A stretch of DNA of 64,000 nt. Origin: Antechinus flavipes (lineage: Eukaryota). The stretch spans positions 58,838,001 through 58,902,000 of the forward strand of contig NC_067400.1 of NCBI RefSeq assembly GCF_016432865.1, given 5' to 3'. The translations under genes and the position numbers were made by a program. The notes under the pieces are model-generated. The model had not been told where the DNA came from, did not search any database, and saw only the letters and a list, made by a program, of their open reading frames with translations. Positions within the stretch are counted from its first letter, which is position 1, and the number at the start of each line of letters is the position of its first letter. Of this stretch, positions 12,271 through 25,055 are shown in pieces.

Positions 12271-13024
12271 TTGTCATTGTCATTGTTACTATGACCACCA
12301 CCAGCACCATCCTCATTCCTTTTCTTGTCAAATTCATTGATAGTAACTTGGGAGGATAACAAAAATCAATATATTAGGCTAACATTCTCCAGTGCCCAAA
12401 GATACAATTGTAGAAGGGAATAAAACTGCAAATCATACCAACCTTATATCCATTTTTTAAAGAGCAATAGTTCTTAAAGTGACATACAGAAAGTCCTAGA
12501 TATTCCCAAAGCTCTTTTGATGTAGTCATGTTTTTTTATATAGTGTAATATAGTTTTAAGATAGTTTTAACTCTATCTTCCTAAATAATCAAAAGGTGTT
12601 TTAATTTTGAATGAAGCATATATTATATATATAATATTATATATATATATAATTCATATGAGCAAAAGCACTTTTTTGAGGATTCTCAGCAATATTTTAG
12701 ATCATAAAGATTTTTTGAGAATAAAAAAGAACCAAAGCTCTAGAGAAAATGAGAATCATAAAAAGAATGTGGTCAGAAATAAAAGCTTCTTTTAAAAATA
12801 TGTATTCACCTTCAGGAAAAAGCTCACATTTTCCTTGGTTAAAAGGATACCAAATATTTCCATTTGTGCCTCAGAATGTGTGGTAGTAACCCTGAGTTTT
12901 CAAAGACTAAACCAGCAAAATGCAAAATTAGGTAGGAACCATCAAACTGGAAAGGCTTTGAGTGTGGCTAAGTGATGGAATGAAGCTTTGTCATCCGAGT
13001 TCCATCCCAATGCAGAAAGGCTCC

Positions 13025-13170
13025 TTGGAAAGAGCACTGAGTCTGATCTCAGAGCATTTGAATTCAAATCCCATTTTAAGTCATTTAACCTCTCTGGGCC
13101 TCAATTTCCTTCTCTGTAAGATGAGAAGCTTGGACTATATGTCCTCTGAAGTCATCTCTAGTTTTAAATC
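13025..13170 (+). mobile_element. MIR/MIR3-type SINE
   Basis: gaaagagcactg...gaattcaaatcc...tctctgggcctcaatttccttctctgtaagatgag...ttggactat. Confidence 0.75.
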
Positions 13171-13914
13171 AAGTGTTCTTAATTTTTTTTCTTTTTGTCA
13201 TAGATCCCTTTAACATTTTGGTGAAAACTATGGACCTCTTCACACAATATTGCTTTAAATTCACGAAATAATGTATATAAGATTAGAAAGGAAAACAGTT
13301 TTATTGAAATACAGTTTCTATCTCTGTCTCTGTCTCTTTCTCTCTTTTTGCTTATCTCTGTCAAATTGGGGACATTAGACAAGTCACTTAATTTTTGTCC
13401 ACCTCAATTTTCTCATCTGTAGAATATAGAATAATATACCAACTTCCCTTGCAAGTACTTAGGTTCATGAGGCTCATTCATGAGCAGGCTTGTTGAAAAG
13501 GTAAGTGAAACAAATAGAACTCTTATTTGAACCCATAGAAAACTGTACACATCTCCTGCCTTTGGTAGGACTCCAGTTGACTCCAACTCTTGCATTTGAG
13601 TGTTTCTCTTCTATAGTGGAGCTCACCTTCACAATTCCATTGGTTGTCTAAGAAGCATTGTTTTTTTCTCTTAAAGTCTCCAGTAGTTATCACCAGATGT
13701 TTCTGGCTATTTCCGGGTTGCCAACTCTCAAAGAAGTTCTTTGCTAAGCCTCCAGATTGTGCCTTCTATAGTTCTCCTCAGCTTCCAGCAGATGTCACCA
13801 TTGTTATCATTCCCCTAGGGCCAATTTTCTATCTCCAGATCCCTGTTCATTTGCATCCTAGTTCAAAAACACAGCTCCAGGTATTTCTGTTTCTGAAAAC
13901 TTCTCTGGTGTTAT

Positions 13915-14508
13915 TGTAATTTGGAGAAACTGAAGCAGGATACAGATTAGAGAGTTTTTAATATTTTATTAATTGGAGAGCATAATTGACTGGATAGGAC
14001 TCTTTTCTCAAAGTATCCAGTGATGAATGGGAGAATCCCAAATCTTTTTATACCTTTTCAAACAAAGAAGGGGAATGAAGCAGGAAACTTCTTCACAGAC
14101 TCTTTTGGTTCTGTCAGGATGGGGGCAGGCCATAAATTCTTACTAAAAGCCAGAGTCAGGATGTCTGAATAAACAGAAGTAAAGATGTCAATGAGGTATC
14201 CGGAATAGTCTTATCTTTTGGAATATTTTAGAGGGGTAGTGTCATAAATTCTTGAGGACAGAAGGAGTTAGGAGTCAGGAAATCTGATCTCCCCCTTATC
14301 TTGAGTCTTACATTGACAATTTATAACCTTAGAGCAAATGATCCTCAGTCTTAATGGACCAGAGATGCGGTTTTACAACTAAAGGGATTGAGGCAGAACA
14401 GTTAAAGAAACTGAGAAAGAACAATTCAGGGAAACTCAGTCAGGACAATAAGGGAAACAAGTACAGGGAAACTGAGGTAGAACAGTTCAAAGAGACTGTG
14501 GCATAACA
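13915..14508 (-). mobile_element. Solo ERV LTR (594 bp)
   Basis: TG...CA termini, a 4-bp TSD TTAT (13911-13914 and 14509-14512) and a minus-strand AATAAA at 13965-13970. It is related to the LTR at 53567-53982. Confidence 0.85.
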
Positions 14509-15179
14509 TTATGATTCACACAGTCCCAGGCATCTGTGTTAGATGTATCCCAAGAATTAAGAAAAGTCTCTCCTTGTACCTCACAAATGGGTCTCTCTTC
14601 CCATTTCTTCATTGATTTTAGGTGAATTTTCAGCCATTCTCCAGCTTATATGCTTTTTACCCATGTCAGAGCCATTTTCTGATCTATTCCTTACTATTTT
14701 TCAGTCAGTTAAAAATTCCTTTGGAGAAGTTAAGTGGAATTCCGGTTCTTGGCTATTTCAGGAGATATTTAGAGCATAAAGGAAGAACTAGATTTTAAGA
14801 CTGCACTGTTGAAGAATGAGAAATACAGCGATCCAGTACTAACTATAATAAATGGTTGTCAACATTTGTGGGACCACAGAATTTCCTTAGGAAGATTTTT
14901 AGATTCTCTTCATTTCCCACAATAGCTGAAAGTATATTTCTCTGGTAGTAAAAAGCAACAAGGCATGTGGGAAAGGAAGCTAAAGTTTTTCATTTCTGCT
15001 TAATTTTGATCCTTTCATACAGATGTTATCTCTATAAGTATTTGTATTAAAAGTGAAAAAATCAGTCATCTACTTGTTTTGCAGGTAGATGGTACCTTAA
15101 AAGATGGGGAGCGTTTGAAAAGGAAAAGGGTGGCAGAAGGCAGTATCTTCACTGGTTGATATGTCTAGAAAATTATGAG

Positions 15180-15400
15180 AACTATGTGGTATACTGGAAA
15201 GAATGGTGCATCTGGAGTTAGAAGATCTATTATCAATTTTCCTGATTTTGTGCATGAACAAGTCACTTAACTTTGGTGAGCCCTGATTTCCTCATTTGTA
15301 AAATGAACATTATAGTACTTGTTTTATATATATATTTGAGGATTAAATGAAATTAGGCATGTAAAATGCTTTCTAAATCTTAAAGTACAAATATTACCTA
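15180..15400 (+). mobile_element. MIR-type SINE
   Basis: caagtcacttaac...tttcctcatttgtaaaatg...gaggattaaatga. Confidence 0.7.
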
Positions 15401-17350
15401 TTACTATAAAAAGATATATAATGTTATGAAAGAAAAGTCTAAACTAGATACTTTGGGATTTTGCCCAACTTGAGCTTTGTAGATAAGGACTATCTTATTC
15501 CTTAAAACTGTTTTTCACATTTTCAGATCATATTTCAGGATGTGACTTTTCATCATGGTTGCTGAGTTGAAAGCATAGGGGTACCATAATTTTATTTTAT
15601 TTTGATTTTAACACTGAGTTTCTTTAAGTTATAGTAATTGGATGAAATGATTTCTAAGATAATTTAAAGTCTAAATTCTTTGGATTTATGAATTTATAGG
15701 GTCAAACAATACATATCCAAAGAGAACAGATACAGTATGAACAATGAGTATAGAAGAATGTTTTCCATGACTTTCTCTTTTGCTTTTCAAAATGGTTTCC
15801 AAGACTTTTTTTTGAATTATTAATTTTTGCAAGTATAATGAATGGATTATATATAATTCACAATTTCTTTCTCTTCTTCTTCCTCTTCTTTCTCCTTTTC
15901 CTTCTCCTCTTCTTCCTTTTTCATTTCCTCTTTCTCTTTGTCCTCATTTTTATTCAGTGAAGCACTTATATTTGGCTATTCCTCAATTATTTGACCAGAA
16001 TCTCTCATCTTTCACCTACTCATCCTACTCTATTGACTTCCTTTCCCCTGCCAATTCCACTTTGGAATTCCAGTTACATTTGCTGACTGGGTTGAAACCA
16101 AAGAAACAAAGGACTCATTCCAGTCAGACTGAAGATACTAGCTCTTAGACTTGGCAATTTTCAGGGGTCTAATGTCTAGTCTCTAGAGTCCAAGATTGGG
16201 TCTATTTGCTTAGGCTAGTTTGACCAGTTTATTGAGAAAAAAAGAACACAAAAATCAGTGGTATCAGTCAAAGCATTTGTGATAACCCCTAGAGAAGTTC
16301 AGATATTTACAAGAAATAAATGTGCATAGCCTGTCAAAAGAGTTTGCTATATCACCTAAGCCTAATTTTCAAGCAAGTCCCTAAGGAACCCTTCTAAAAC
16401 ATCCCATTGATCTTCTCTTTTACTTTCAATGCAGATGAATGAAAAAGGGCTTGAAAACACATTCAAAGACAACACTAACGGGTTAGAGAAGAGTCTCATT
16501 TTACATTACATGAGTTGTTTGTAACATTGAAATAATTGATTATTCATCATGAAAGCACATCCAAGGATTTGAGGTGGGCTTAAGAGAACAGAATATAACA
16601 TAAGATCAATTTTTCTCCCACAAGAACAATTTTATATTGTTCTTTAGGAAAATCACTAAGTGCTCAAGTGAAGCTGAAATTGCATATGCTGACAATGCTT
16701 TAATCTGATTCTATTATAATTGTGACTTCAATTTCTTAGGATTTTCCATTTGACCCCAGTTTAATATATATGGATTATTTGCTTCCACTGGGAAGATGCA
16801 TAGAATTACTGGAAACTCATAAATACAATAAAGAAATCTAATGAGTTCCACAATCAATTCAGATGTCCCAATGTGATTATTTAGAAGAGGTAGAAGAAGT
16901 GGCAAGTCTCTTGCCACTTAAGAGTGGACTGATGTTTCAGATGGGATTCAAAATAATCACAACCCAGAATTATATTTTCACTTGGAAAAACAATGAGGAT
17001 TTAAACAATAAAAATAGGCCTTTGGAACTTTACTTCTTGTCTTTTAAACAAATTGTGTCAGATTGGCTACCAGGATGTGATGCTGAAACTCAAATAGCTA
17101 GCTATACCAGTCCATGACTCATTTCCTTTAGTTAGTCACTGAGTCATAGCTCATCTTTGTACTCTCAAATCTGCACACAAGGTCTCAAGATGAACTCTGA
17201 AGTACCTCATGTTCTTTTTAATTTAGGTTAGGGAAGTATTTAAAGATATTCTTGTTTTCTTTCAGAATGTATGCTATTATTTTTATACTCAACAGACTGA
17301 GGTATCATGAACTATTGAATAGATGGCTCATAAGAGTGTAATGTCTTTAG

Positions 17351-17351
<1 letters not shown>

Positions 17352-17403
<52 letters not shown>
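17352..17403. repeat. (TA)n microsatellite
   Basis: Direct observation. Confidence 0.95.
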
Positions 17404-17404
<1 letters not shown>

Positions 17405-17459
17405 CAAGTTTGGAAGTTCAGAATGGGTAAACTTCCCCTCCTTCTTTTAATCAGTACCT

Positions 17460-17915
17460 AGAACCCAAGATTGAGTCTGTTTGCTTCCTTGGGGATCTCA
17501 TTAGCCCCCATGGATTCATCTATCATTGCATACTCAGCTATATTTGTCCAGCCCTAATCTCTCTCTTAATCTCCAGTCTCAAGTGTCCAATTGCCTAGTG
17601 GAAATTTCCCACTAAATATCTCACAAATATTTTAAATTCAACAAGTCAAAAACTGAAATCATTTTTCCCCCAAACTCTCTCATCTTTCTAACTTCCTTAT
17701 TACTATTGAGAGTAACACTATCCTCCAGTCACTCAGGCTCACAACCTAGATATTATCTTCAACTCCTCACTCTCTCTCAGTCTCCCTATCCAATTAACTA
17801 CCACATCTACCTTCATAATGTTTATTATATATATCCCTTTCTTTCTTTTTTTTTTTTTTTTGAGGCTGCTACAACCTTGGTGCAGGCCATCATTACCTCA
17901 TGCCTGGACTAGAGA
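17460..17915 (+). mobile_element. L2 LINE RT/3' fragment
   Basis: ttggggatctcattagcccccatggattcatctatcatt... and aaattcaacaagtcaaaaactgaa...ccagtcactcaggctcacaacct. Confidence 0.8.
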
Positions 17916-18169
17916 TATCAAAGACATAGTTACATGTAGGCTACAGCACTTTCAAAAGGAGCTGAACAAGATTAAAATTGTATTGCATTGGGAAAATAAT
18001 TAACTATATTGTATTGGGAAATATCTAACTAAATAAAAATATAATAAAATATAGATAATGGGAGTATACGGCTTTTATAATCATTATGTGCCTATAGGGC
18101 ACATGTATGCTCCAATGAACCCCATTTCTATTTGAATGTGGTTGGTCTCTGACTAAAGTGAGACATTCC

Positions 18170-18680
18170 TAATGGCAAAGGGGAGTTTTGAATCTTTTTG
18201 AACAGAGAAATGGAATGATTCAAATGGCACTTTAGAAATATCAATTTTGATTGATGGTATTCCACAATGCCAAATTAAGTTCAAAATGTTTTGGAGAGGA
18301 GAGAAACTGAATGCAGGGAAGCCAGTTAGGAAGTTATTGGCATCAGTCCATATAAGAGATGATAAAGGCTTAGGCTAGAATGGCCTTTCAGTGAATAGTC
18401 AGATAGGGATAGCTGCAAGATGTTAACTAGGTAGAACTCTTAAGACTTGGTGACTAATTAGATATGTAGGGTAAGGAAAAGTGAAGAGTAATGGATGACT
18501 GCTAGACTGAATCTGGATGACTAGAAAACTACTACTGAAACAGGGAAGTTGGAAAGAAGGTTGGATATAAAAGGAAAGCTCATGAATTCTGTTCTGAGGA
18601 TGTTGAATTTGAAGTGCCTATGGCATACATCAGGGTGAAGATATCAAGAAAATATTTGAATAGGTAGGATTGGAGAACAG
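18170..18680 (-). mobile_element. L2 fragment
   Basis: gccagttaggaagttattgg...gatgataaaggctt...tgttgaatttgaagtgcctatgg, L2 antisense motifs. Confidence 0.75.
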
Positions 18681-18789
18681 AAAAGGGATGGAAAAAAGTA
18701 TCTCTGTTGTCTGGCATTAAAAATACTCCATCATTTGGCTTGAATCTATTTTTTTCCAAGCTTATTTTACACTATTTTCTTTAATAGCT

Positions 18790-19045
18790 TCCCAGCTTCC
18801 CTGGCATCCTTCAAGACATCTCAAATCCCACCTTCTGTAGGAGGCCTTTCCCAATTCTCATCCTTCTTGCATCTTCCCCTCTGAGATTTCTTTCCAGTTG
18901 CATTGTAAACATCTTGCTTTCTCTATTTGAATAGGAGTTCATGGGGGTGGAATGGATTGGACAGTTGTTCTCTGTATAACCAGCACTTAGCACAGTGTCT
19001 GGCACATGGTTAATGAATATTTTTGGACTGACTGACTTACTCAAT
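18790..19045 (+). mobile_element. L2 3' end
   Basis: ccagcacttagcacagtgtctggcaca...aatatttttggactgactgac. Confidence 0.8.
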
Positions 19046-21239
19046 TTTTCAACCAAACTGGAATATTCACCATCTCTAATTCATGCTAACTTTAATTTCT
19101 AGAAACCCTTTCTACCTCTACTTGCAATTATCAAATTTCCCTCACTTACTCTGTTAGAGTGTAAGCTTTTTGAGGGAAGGGGCCATGTTGTCTAATTTAT
19201 TCTTTACATGCTTGGTACCAAGCTTTATCAGTACTTATACTCTGTAGGAGTTTAATTAACATGAATTGAATAAAATGGAATTGAAATTATTACTCCATTT
19301 TTATTACTTTGCTTCATTCTTTTGGTCTTTCTAAAATGAATTTGTTTTTCTTTTCTGTAGAGCAAGTGTCCTTGTACCATCCAAAAAGCAATCTCAGAGC
19401 TGATATAAAAGGATTTTGTTCTTTTCAGCCTAGATCTCAAGTCAGAGATCAAAAGATCATATACTCTGGAAAGGGTTATTGAATGGGAATCAGATGTGTT
19501 ACCTGCTCCTTAATGAACAGCAGAGGTGTGAGGACTCCCAGAAGTTCAAATGATGCATAAGAAATAAATGAAAAGGTTGTCTCATGTAACCTTCAATTAG
19601 TCTTTCATTCTCTTAGTAATTACAGAGTCTCATTTGGTTAAAACATGTTAAATGAAGCAAAATTTTTCCCTATAGAGAATCGTTTCACTTAAACAGATCA
19701 GCTAATAGCCATTCGTGATGACAAGATAATACTCTTCATATGATGATTTCAAAGCTGGCTTTTATCTGCCAAAGCAGTCAATGTTTCAAAGCTCTGTGAG
19801 GTAGGAAGTCATTGTGGGTGATCATACACATAATAAAGACCAGGTATTGGTGGAAGATTACACTGAGGTATCTTGCTCAAAAACTCAGTCAGAAAATGGC
19901 AAAACTATAAGTTAAAGTCCAATTATATCTTGATTTTAAGCTAAATTAAAATTCAATGAATTTCATTGGGGTCATTCTAAATATTGACCTTTTCATTTTA
20001 CTGGTATTGCTTTTAGTGGATCATTTAGACTCATATTGCTCTTGTCCTTTAGGATCCTAAACATCAACCCCTGAAAGGCAGAATAGCCTTGTTTTGTTGA
20101 TAGGGCATCAGGAGAAAATAGACTTGCTTTATCCCTTTTTTGGACTAGAAAAACTTAGGAAGCTAGGAATAATGGTAAAATAACACGATCTTGTTTTATA
20201 AAAGTATCTAAAATTTGCAAAATAAAATTTGTATAACATTTGTATAATCTCAAAATGACATGTCTAAAATGTTCCAAATTGTCCTAAGGCATGTTTTTAA
20301 AAAGGCTCTGCTGCTAGAAACAGCCAGTTTGAATAACTGTTCATGCTCTGTAGCTTCTAAGTTTCCTTGGGGTGATAAAATGGCTTTCCATAGAGAAAAA
20401 GGTAGAGTAATTCATGTTATGTATTTGACAGGTAACTCCAGTCAAATATTATGTATTTGAACCAGAGAATGCTAGAACTGGAAGATACCTTATACATCAT
20501 TTAGTCCAAATACCCTTGTCTACTGTTTCTTGCTAAAGCCAAAAAAAGAGCTCAAGGGTGGTAGTGGGGTCAGATTTGGTACATCAATAGAAATAATGCA
20601 GATTTATATTTCTGTCATGGGCCATATTTTTCGCAGCTGGAAAATCCCAACTGAGAAAAAATGTAATAATAACTAATAAACAATAATAGCTATTATTTAT
20701 GTAGCACTTTAAAGTAAAAAGCTTTATATATGCCATCTTCTTTAGTCCTCTGTGAGATAGAGGCTATTAGCATCTTCATTTTGCAGATAAAGAAATAGAG
20801 ACACTGATTGTTGAAAATTCCACTACAAATCAGCAAGCATTTGTTAAACCTCTATTGTGTGTCAGGTATTTCAGTAGGCTCAAAATCAAAGATGGAATAA
20901 TCCTGCCTTCAAAAAGCTTACCATTCAGTAGGGAACTACTCTGAGAGAACTCTAAGGCAAATTAGATGTTCAATTTCCAGGAAGCCATTCAAGTAACAAA
21001 GATTCTGATAATTTAGCCTAGAAGTAATATGGAATTATTGGAGTTTGTTTAGGAGGAGAGGTGACATGGAAAAACTTGTACTTTAGGAATTTATCCTGTT
21101 GCAAATATTACTTAAATGTACAGAGAGAAGCCTGAGCTTTATGAAGAGGTGATTTCTCAGGGTCACATAGCTAGGTAAGTATGTCCATTGTTCTCTCCAT
21201 GTTCTTACTTAGCAGCCTCATATAAACTTCTGGTTGAGA

Positions 21240-21900
21240 CTGATATCTTGTTCTTGTTCAATAAATTCATCTATAAACATTTATTAAGCACTTGTTATAT
21301 GCTAAAATAGCTATGGGTGCCTGAGTTTGAAGATATAAAAGCATTAAAACAATTCTTGCTCCAGAGAAGCTTACATTTTTAGGGAGACAACAGCACATAT
21401 ATGCAATATATCTAAATGATGAATTTTGTTTCATTTATTCATATAAGCATATGGATATTAAATGGATAAAATGTATATAAAATATTTAGTAGGAATTTTT
21501 TTTTGGCAGGGGTGGTACTAGCAACTAGGGGAATTAGGAAAAGTCTTTGAAGGAATTGAGCTTGAGTTGAGTTATGATGGATACTAAAATTTGTAAAAGG
21601 TGGAGGTGACAAGGAAGTGAATTCTAGGTACAAGGGATAATTAATTTATTTAAAGGTGCAGAGATGGACTATTCTGTGTATGGGGGACAGCAAGGACAGT
21701 TTGACTGACCAAACAATGTGGGAAAGTGGACAATGTAGAATCAAGGTTAGAAAGATAGATTGGAGTCAGCCAGTGAGGACTTAAGTCCTAAATGGAATAT
21801 TTGATCCTAGAGATAATATCAAGCCAATAGAATTTATTGAGTAAGGAGAGGGGGTGACATGGTCAAACCTATACTTTTTGATCACGACTTTGGCAAATAT
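21240..21900 (-). mobile_element. L2 3' portion
   Basis: aaacatttattaagcacttg...gagaagcttacatttt...ttgagcttgag, L2 antisense. Confidence 0.7.
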
Positions 21901-23884
21901 CACTTAAATTTAAAGAGGAAAATTTCAGTCCTAGAATTAATGATTTTAATGGTTTCCTGAGACTGAACATCTAATAGATTCAGAGTTCCCTCAGGGAGGG
22001 ATAGGAAGTCTCTGGAAAGTACATGTTTTTTTTTCATTCCTTTTTTCTCATCTCTCCCAACTTAAATAGGATGTTTGGTTTTTTTGAAGACAGGGACTGT
22101 TACATTTTTGTCTTTGCATGTTCAGCATCTAGTTCAGTGCTTATTGTAATGGAATCTTTATTTTTGAAGTTTATTCTATTTAACTAGTAACAATGCCAGA
22201 TAGTGGCCACTTGGCACTATCTAAACTGCATATAAAAGGCCTCTTAGGGTTTAAACAGGGCTGTGAAGAACAGGTCTTGCAGATGAAACATTATACAATA
22301 AGACAAATGTCACAAATGTCTTGAGAAAGTAAATCTAGTGGAACTCTGCTATTCCTTCCTCCTCTCTTCCCTGCCTCAATCAAGGAAAACACCAGTTTTA
22401 CCTTCAATAAATGTAGTTTCATTTGTGAAACATCTATGTCATGTGCATGATGGATGCACCCAATATGCTACTAAAGGCAGTAATCAATTATTTATTAGGC
22501 ACCTACTGTTTGTCAGTCACTGTGCTAGACTCTGGAAACACAAAGACAAAAATAAAACAATCTTTTCTCTCAGGAGTTCATCTTTTTTTTTTTTTTTTTT
22601 TTTTTTAGGGAAAAAAAATGTACCTTCTAGAAACATTCCCTCCGGTATTCTCAGAGGGAATTATGAAACCAATTAAACACTCAATTGTTAGGAAATCTTT
22701 AAGGCAGCTAACTCTAGTTTAGTCTTGTGTTAGGTTTGGTTATATCCGGAGGGATTATTGCCTGTAATAGCCTCTGAAGGCTAGCTATGAAAGGAATTGG
22801 AGTGGAGAAAGAGTTGAAGGATGCTGTTGTTATTTTGTTGGAGACAAGATGATGATTGGTTATGGGGGAGGAAGGGAAGGAGGAATGGGATATGACTAAT
22901 CATCTCACTTTCTGATTAACTGATGACTCACACCTTGGGATCAAGCCTCACCTCCAACTTTGGAGATGCTCAAGGAGATGCTGACATTACTCTGCATGTA
23001 CTCAGAACAGGAATACCTTGAAACAGGAAATAGTTTGCATTTCTGAACTTCAGATGCCCAGAATTCTTGTCTTTATCTCCTTTGTCTTTTCTGGCAGTGA
23101 TTTCTCTAGTGGCTCCAAAACCCTCTTTTGATTAAAAAGGAAATATACAAGCACTTCAGGCTCATTACTTCCCATCTATGGTTGGCACTTGTACTGAGAA
23201 TTTGACATCAGAGAGGGCTTAAGGGATGTTTTACCATGGACCAAAGTAGGAAAAACTTTTTCTCTGGTCTGTGGAAACCTTTGTAACTAGAGAAAGTCAC
23301 ATCATGGGCCTTAATTAAGTAGAATTAATGTTTCTTGGGGGTGGTGATTGAAAGCAAACAGTGCCCCTCAGTGTGACTCAACAGCATGCTTATGGCATTA
23401 ATTATAGAATACTTTTCTTTGAAGCCCTTGCTATCCTATGTCAAGACAAACCCCAGTTGATGTTTTATTCTTTCCCTTAAAATATTTAAAAATACATTTA
23501 AAATTGATATAATTTGCTTTTTACATCACTTTTATTTTCTAATATATTCCTCCCTTCAGTCTTTTTCCTTTTCCCTTTTAAGAAAGAAAAAAAAAGATAG
23601 GGGAAAGCAAGCATTTCAGTTAAAATAACTGACATACCAATTACTTCTAATAGTAGCTTCTAAATTGTAGCTATTTCATATCCACAGTCCCCTACCTCTG
23701 CAAAGAAGTGAGGGATGAATGAAAAAAAATAGTGCTTATTATGTGTCAAGCAATGCTGGGGAAATGTACAAAATCAAAGAACTTACATTTTGATGATGAA
23801 ACAATTCAAGTAAGAGAATGGTGGCCAACTTTGGTCTGAAAAGTTACAAAGATGAGGAGTGGAGATATAGGGGAGATCTAACAC

Positions 23885-24190
23885 AATGTATCAGTATCCC
23901 ACTTCTCCCACATCCCCTCCAACATTCTGCATTATCTTTCCCTGTCATTCTAGTCAATCTGACAGGTGTGTAGTGGTATCTCAGAGTTGTCTTAATTTGC
24001 ATTTCTCTGATTAATAATGATTTGGAGCATCTTTTTATATGTCTATAAATAGTTTTAATTTCTTCATCTGTCCATATCTTTTGACCATTAATCAATTGGA
24101 GAATGGCTTGATTCTTATAAATTTGAGTCAGTTCTCTATATATTTTTGAAATGAGGTCTTTATCAGAACCCTTGAATGTAAAAATGTTTT
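23885..24190 (-). mobile_element. L1 ORF2 fragment
   Basis: ORF 23844-24095 contains HIKRCSKSLLIREMQIKTTLRYHYTPVRL...CWRGCG. Confidence 0.95.
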
Positions 24191-24379
24191 CAGAAGGGAA
24201 GATTTTTAAGGGAAAATAATGAATTCAGTTTTTAACATGTTGAGATGTCTATGAAGCATCCAGTTTGAGCAGTCCAATAGGTAGTTGGAGATGTAAGATT
24301 GTAGGTCAGCAGAAAGATTAAGTAGATCTGAAAATCATCAGAACAGAGAGATAATTGAATCAGGTTGCAATCCATTTGC

Positions 24380-25055
24380 TTCCAAAAGTGGAGCCAAAAT
24401 GGCAGAATAAAGCCAGGAAGCTTCTTGATCCTCCCACTTTCCTTCTAAAACCACATGAAATCAAGCTTCTGAACAGAGTCTGATGGAATGAAACCACTTT
24501 CCAGTTCAAGATAGACTGGAAAAACTTCAAGAAAGGTCAGTCTCACTGGGTAAAAAGGGTGTTCAGCTCAGCTCTGGGAAAGTCATTGAGAGAGTCTTAA
24601 TTACAACAAATCAGCAACTAAGACCCTTGGACCCAGCTCAGAAGGCAAATTCTGGGAAACAGGCAAAGCTACTCCCAGGGAAACACAAGGGGCCCTTGTG
24701 CTCAAAGCCAATGCTCAGAGCTACACAGGAAACTTGGGACAGAGCCACCTTTACCCCAGGAGCAGCGTTTGATGATAAAAGTAAAAAAAAAAGAGGAAAT
24801 ACAAAAAGAAAATGAGTAAGAAATAGAAGAGAACCTACTATCAAAGCTACTTTGGTAATGGGGAAGACCAAAATACCAACTCAGACAAGGACAAAATGTC
24901 CACAGAGGAAATCTTAAAGATTTGGTCTCAAGCCCAAAGAGGCTTTTTGGAAGTACTCATAAAAGACTTAAAAGGCAAATAAGAGAGGGAAAAGAAAAAT
25001 GAGAAAAGAAATGAGAGGTATGTAAGAGAAAGTCATCAGCTTGGAAAAGGAAGGA
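24380..25055 (+). mobile_element. Isolated L1 5' end (5' UTR + disrupted start of ORF1)
   Basis: Start motif ggagccaaaatggc. The ATG at 24812 gives MSKK*KRTYYQSYFGNGEDQNTNS...WSQAQRGFLE, like the marsupial L1 ORF1 N-terminus. Confidence 0.8.

Noticed and set aside
16435-16524. Acceptor followed by MNEKGLENTFKDNTNG...
   Set aside because: Short, unrecognised and unsupported.
16740-16841. Acceptor-like ttcttag followed by the open frame DFPFDPSLIYMDYLLPLGRCIELLETHKYNKEI*
   Set aside because: No recognisable protein and no supporting neighbouring exons; such matches are expected by chance in AT-rich DNA.
16897-16919. Perfect 10-bp hairpin aagtggcaag-tct-cttgccactt (also a 9-bp stem near 8400-8427)
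   Set aside because: Too short for a pre-miRNA; a few such palindromes are expected in 64 kb.
19361-19480. Strong polypyrimidine acceptor followed by QVSLYHPKSNLRADIKGF...
   Set aside because: No convincing donor in frame and no recognisable homology.
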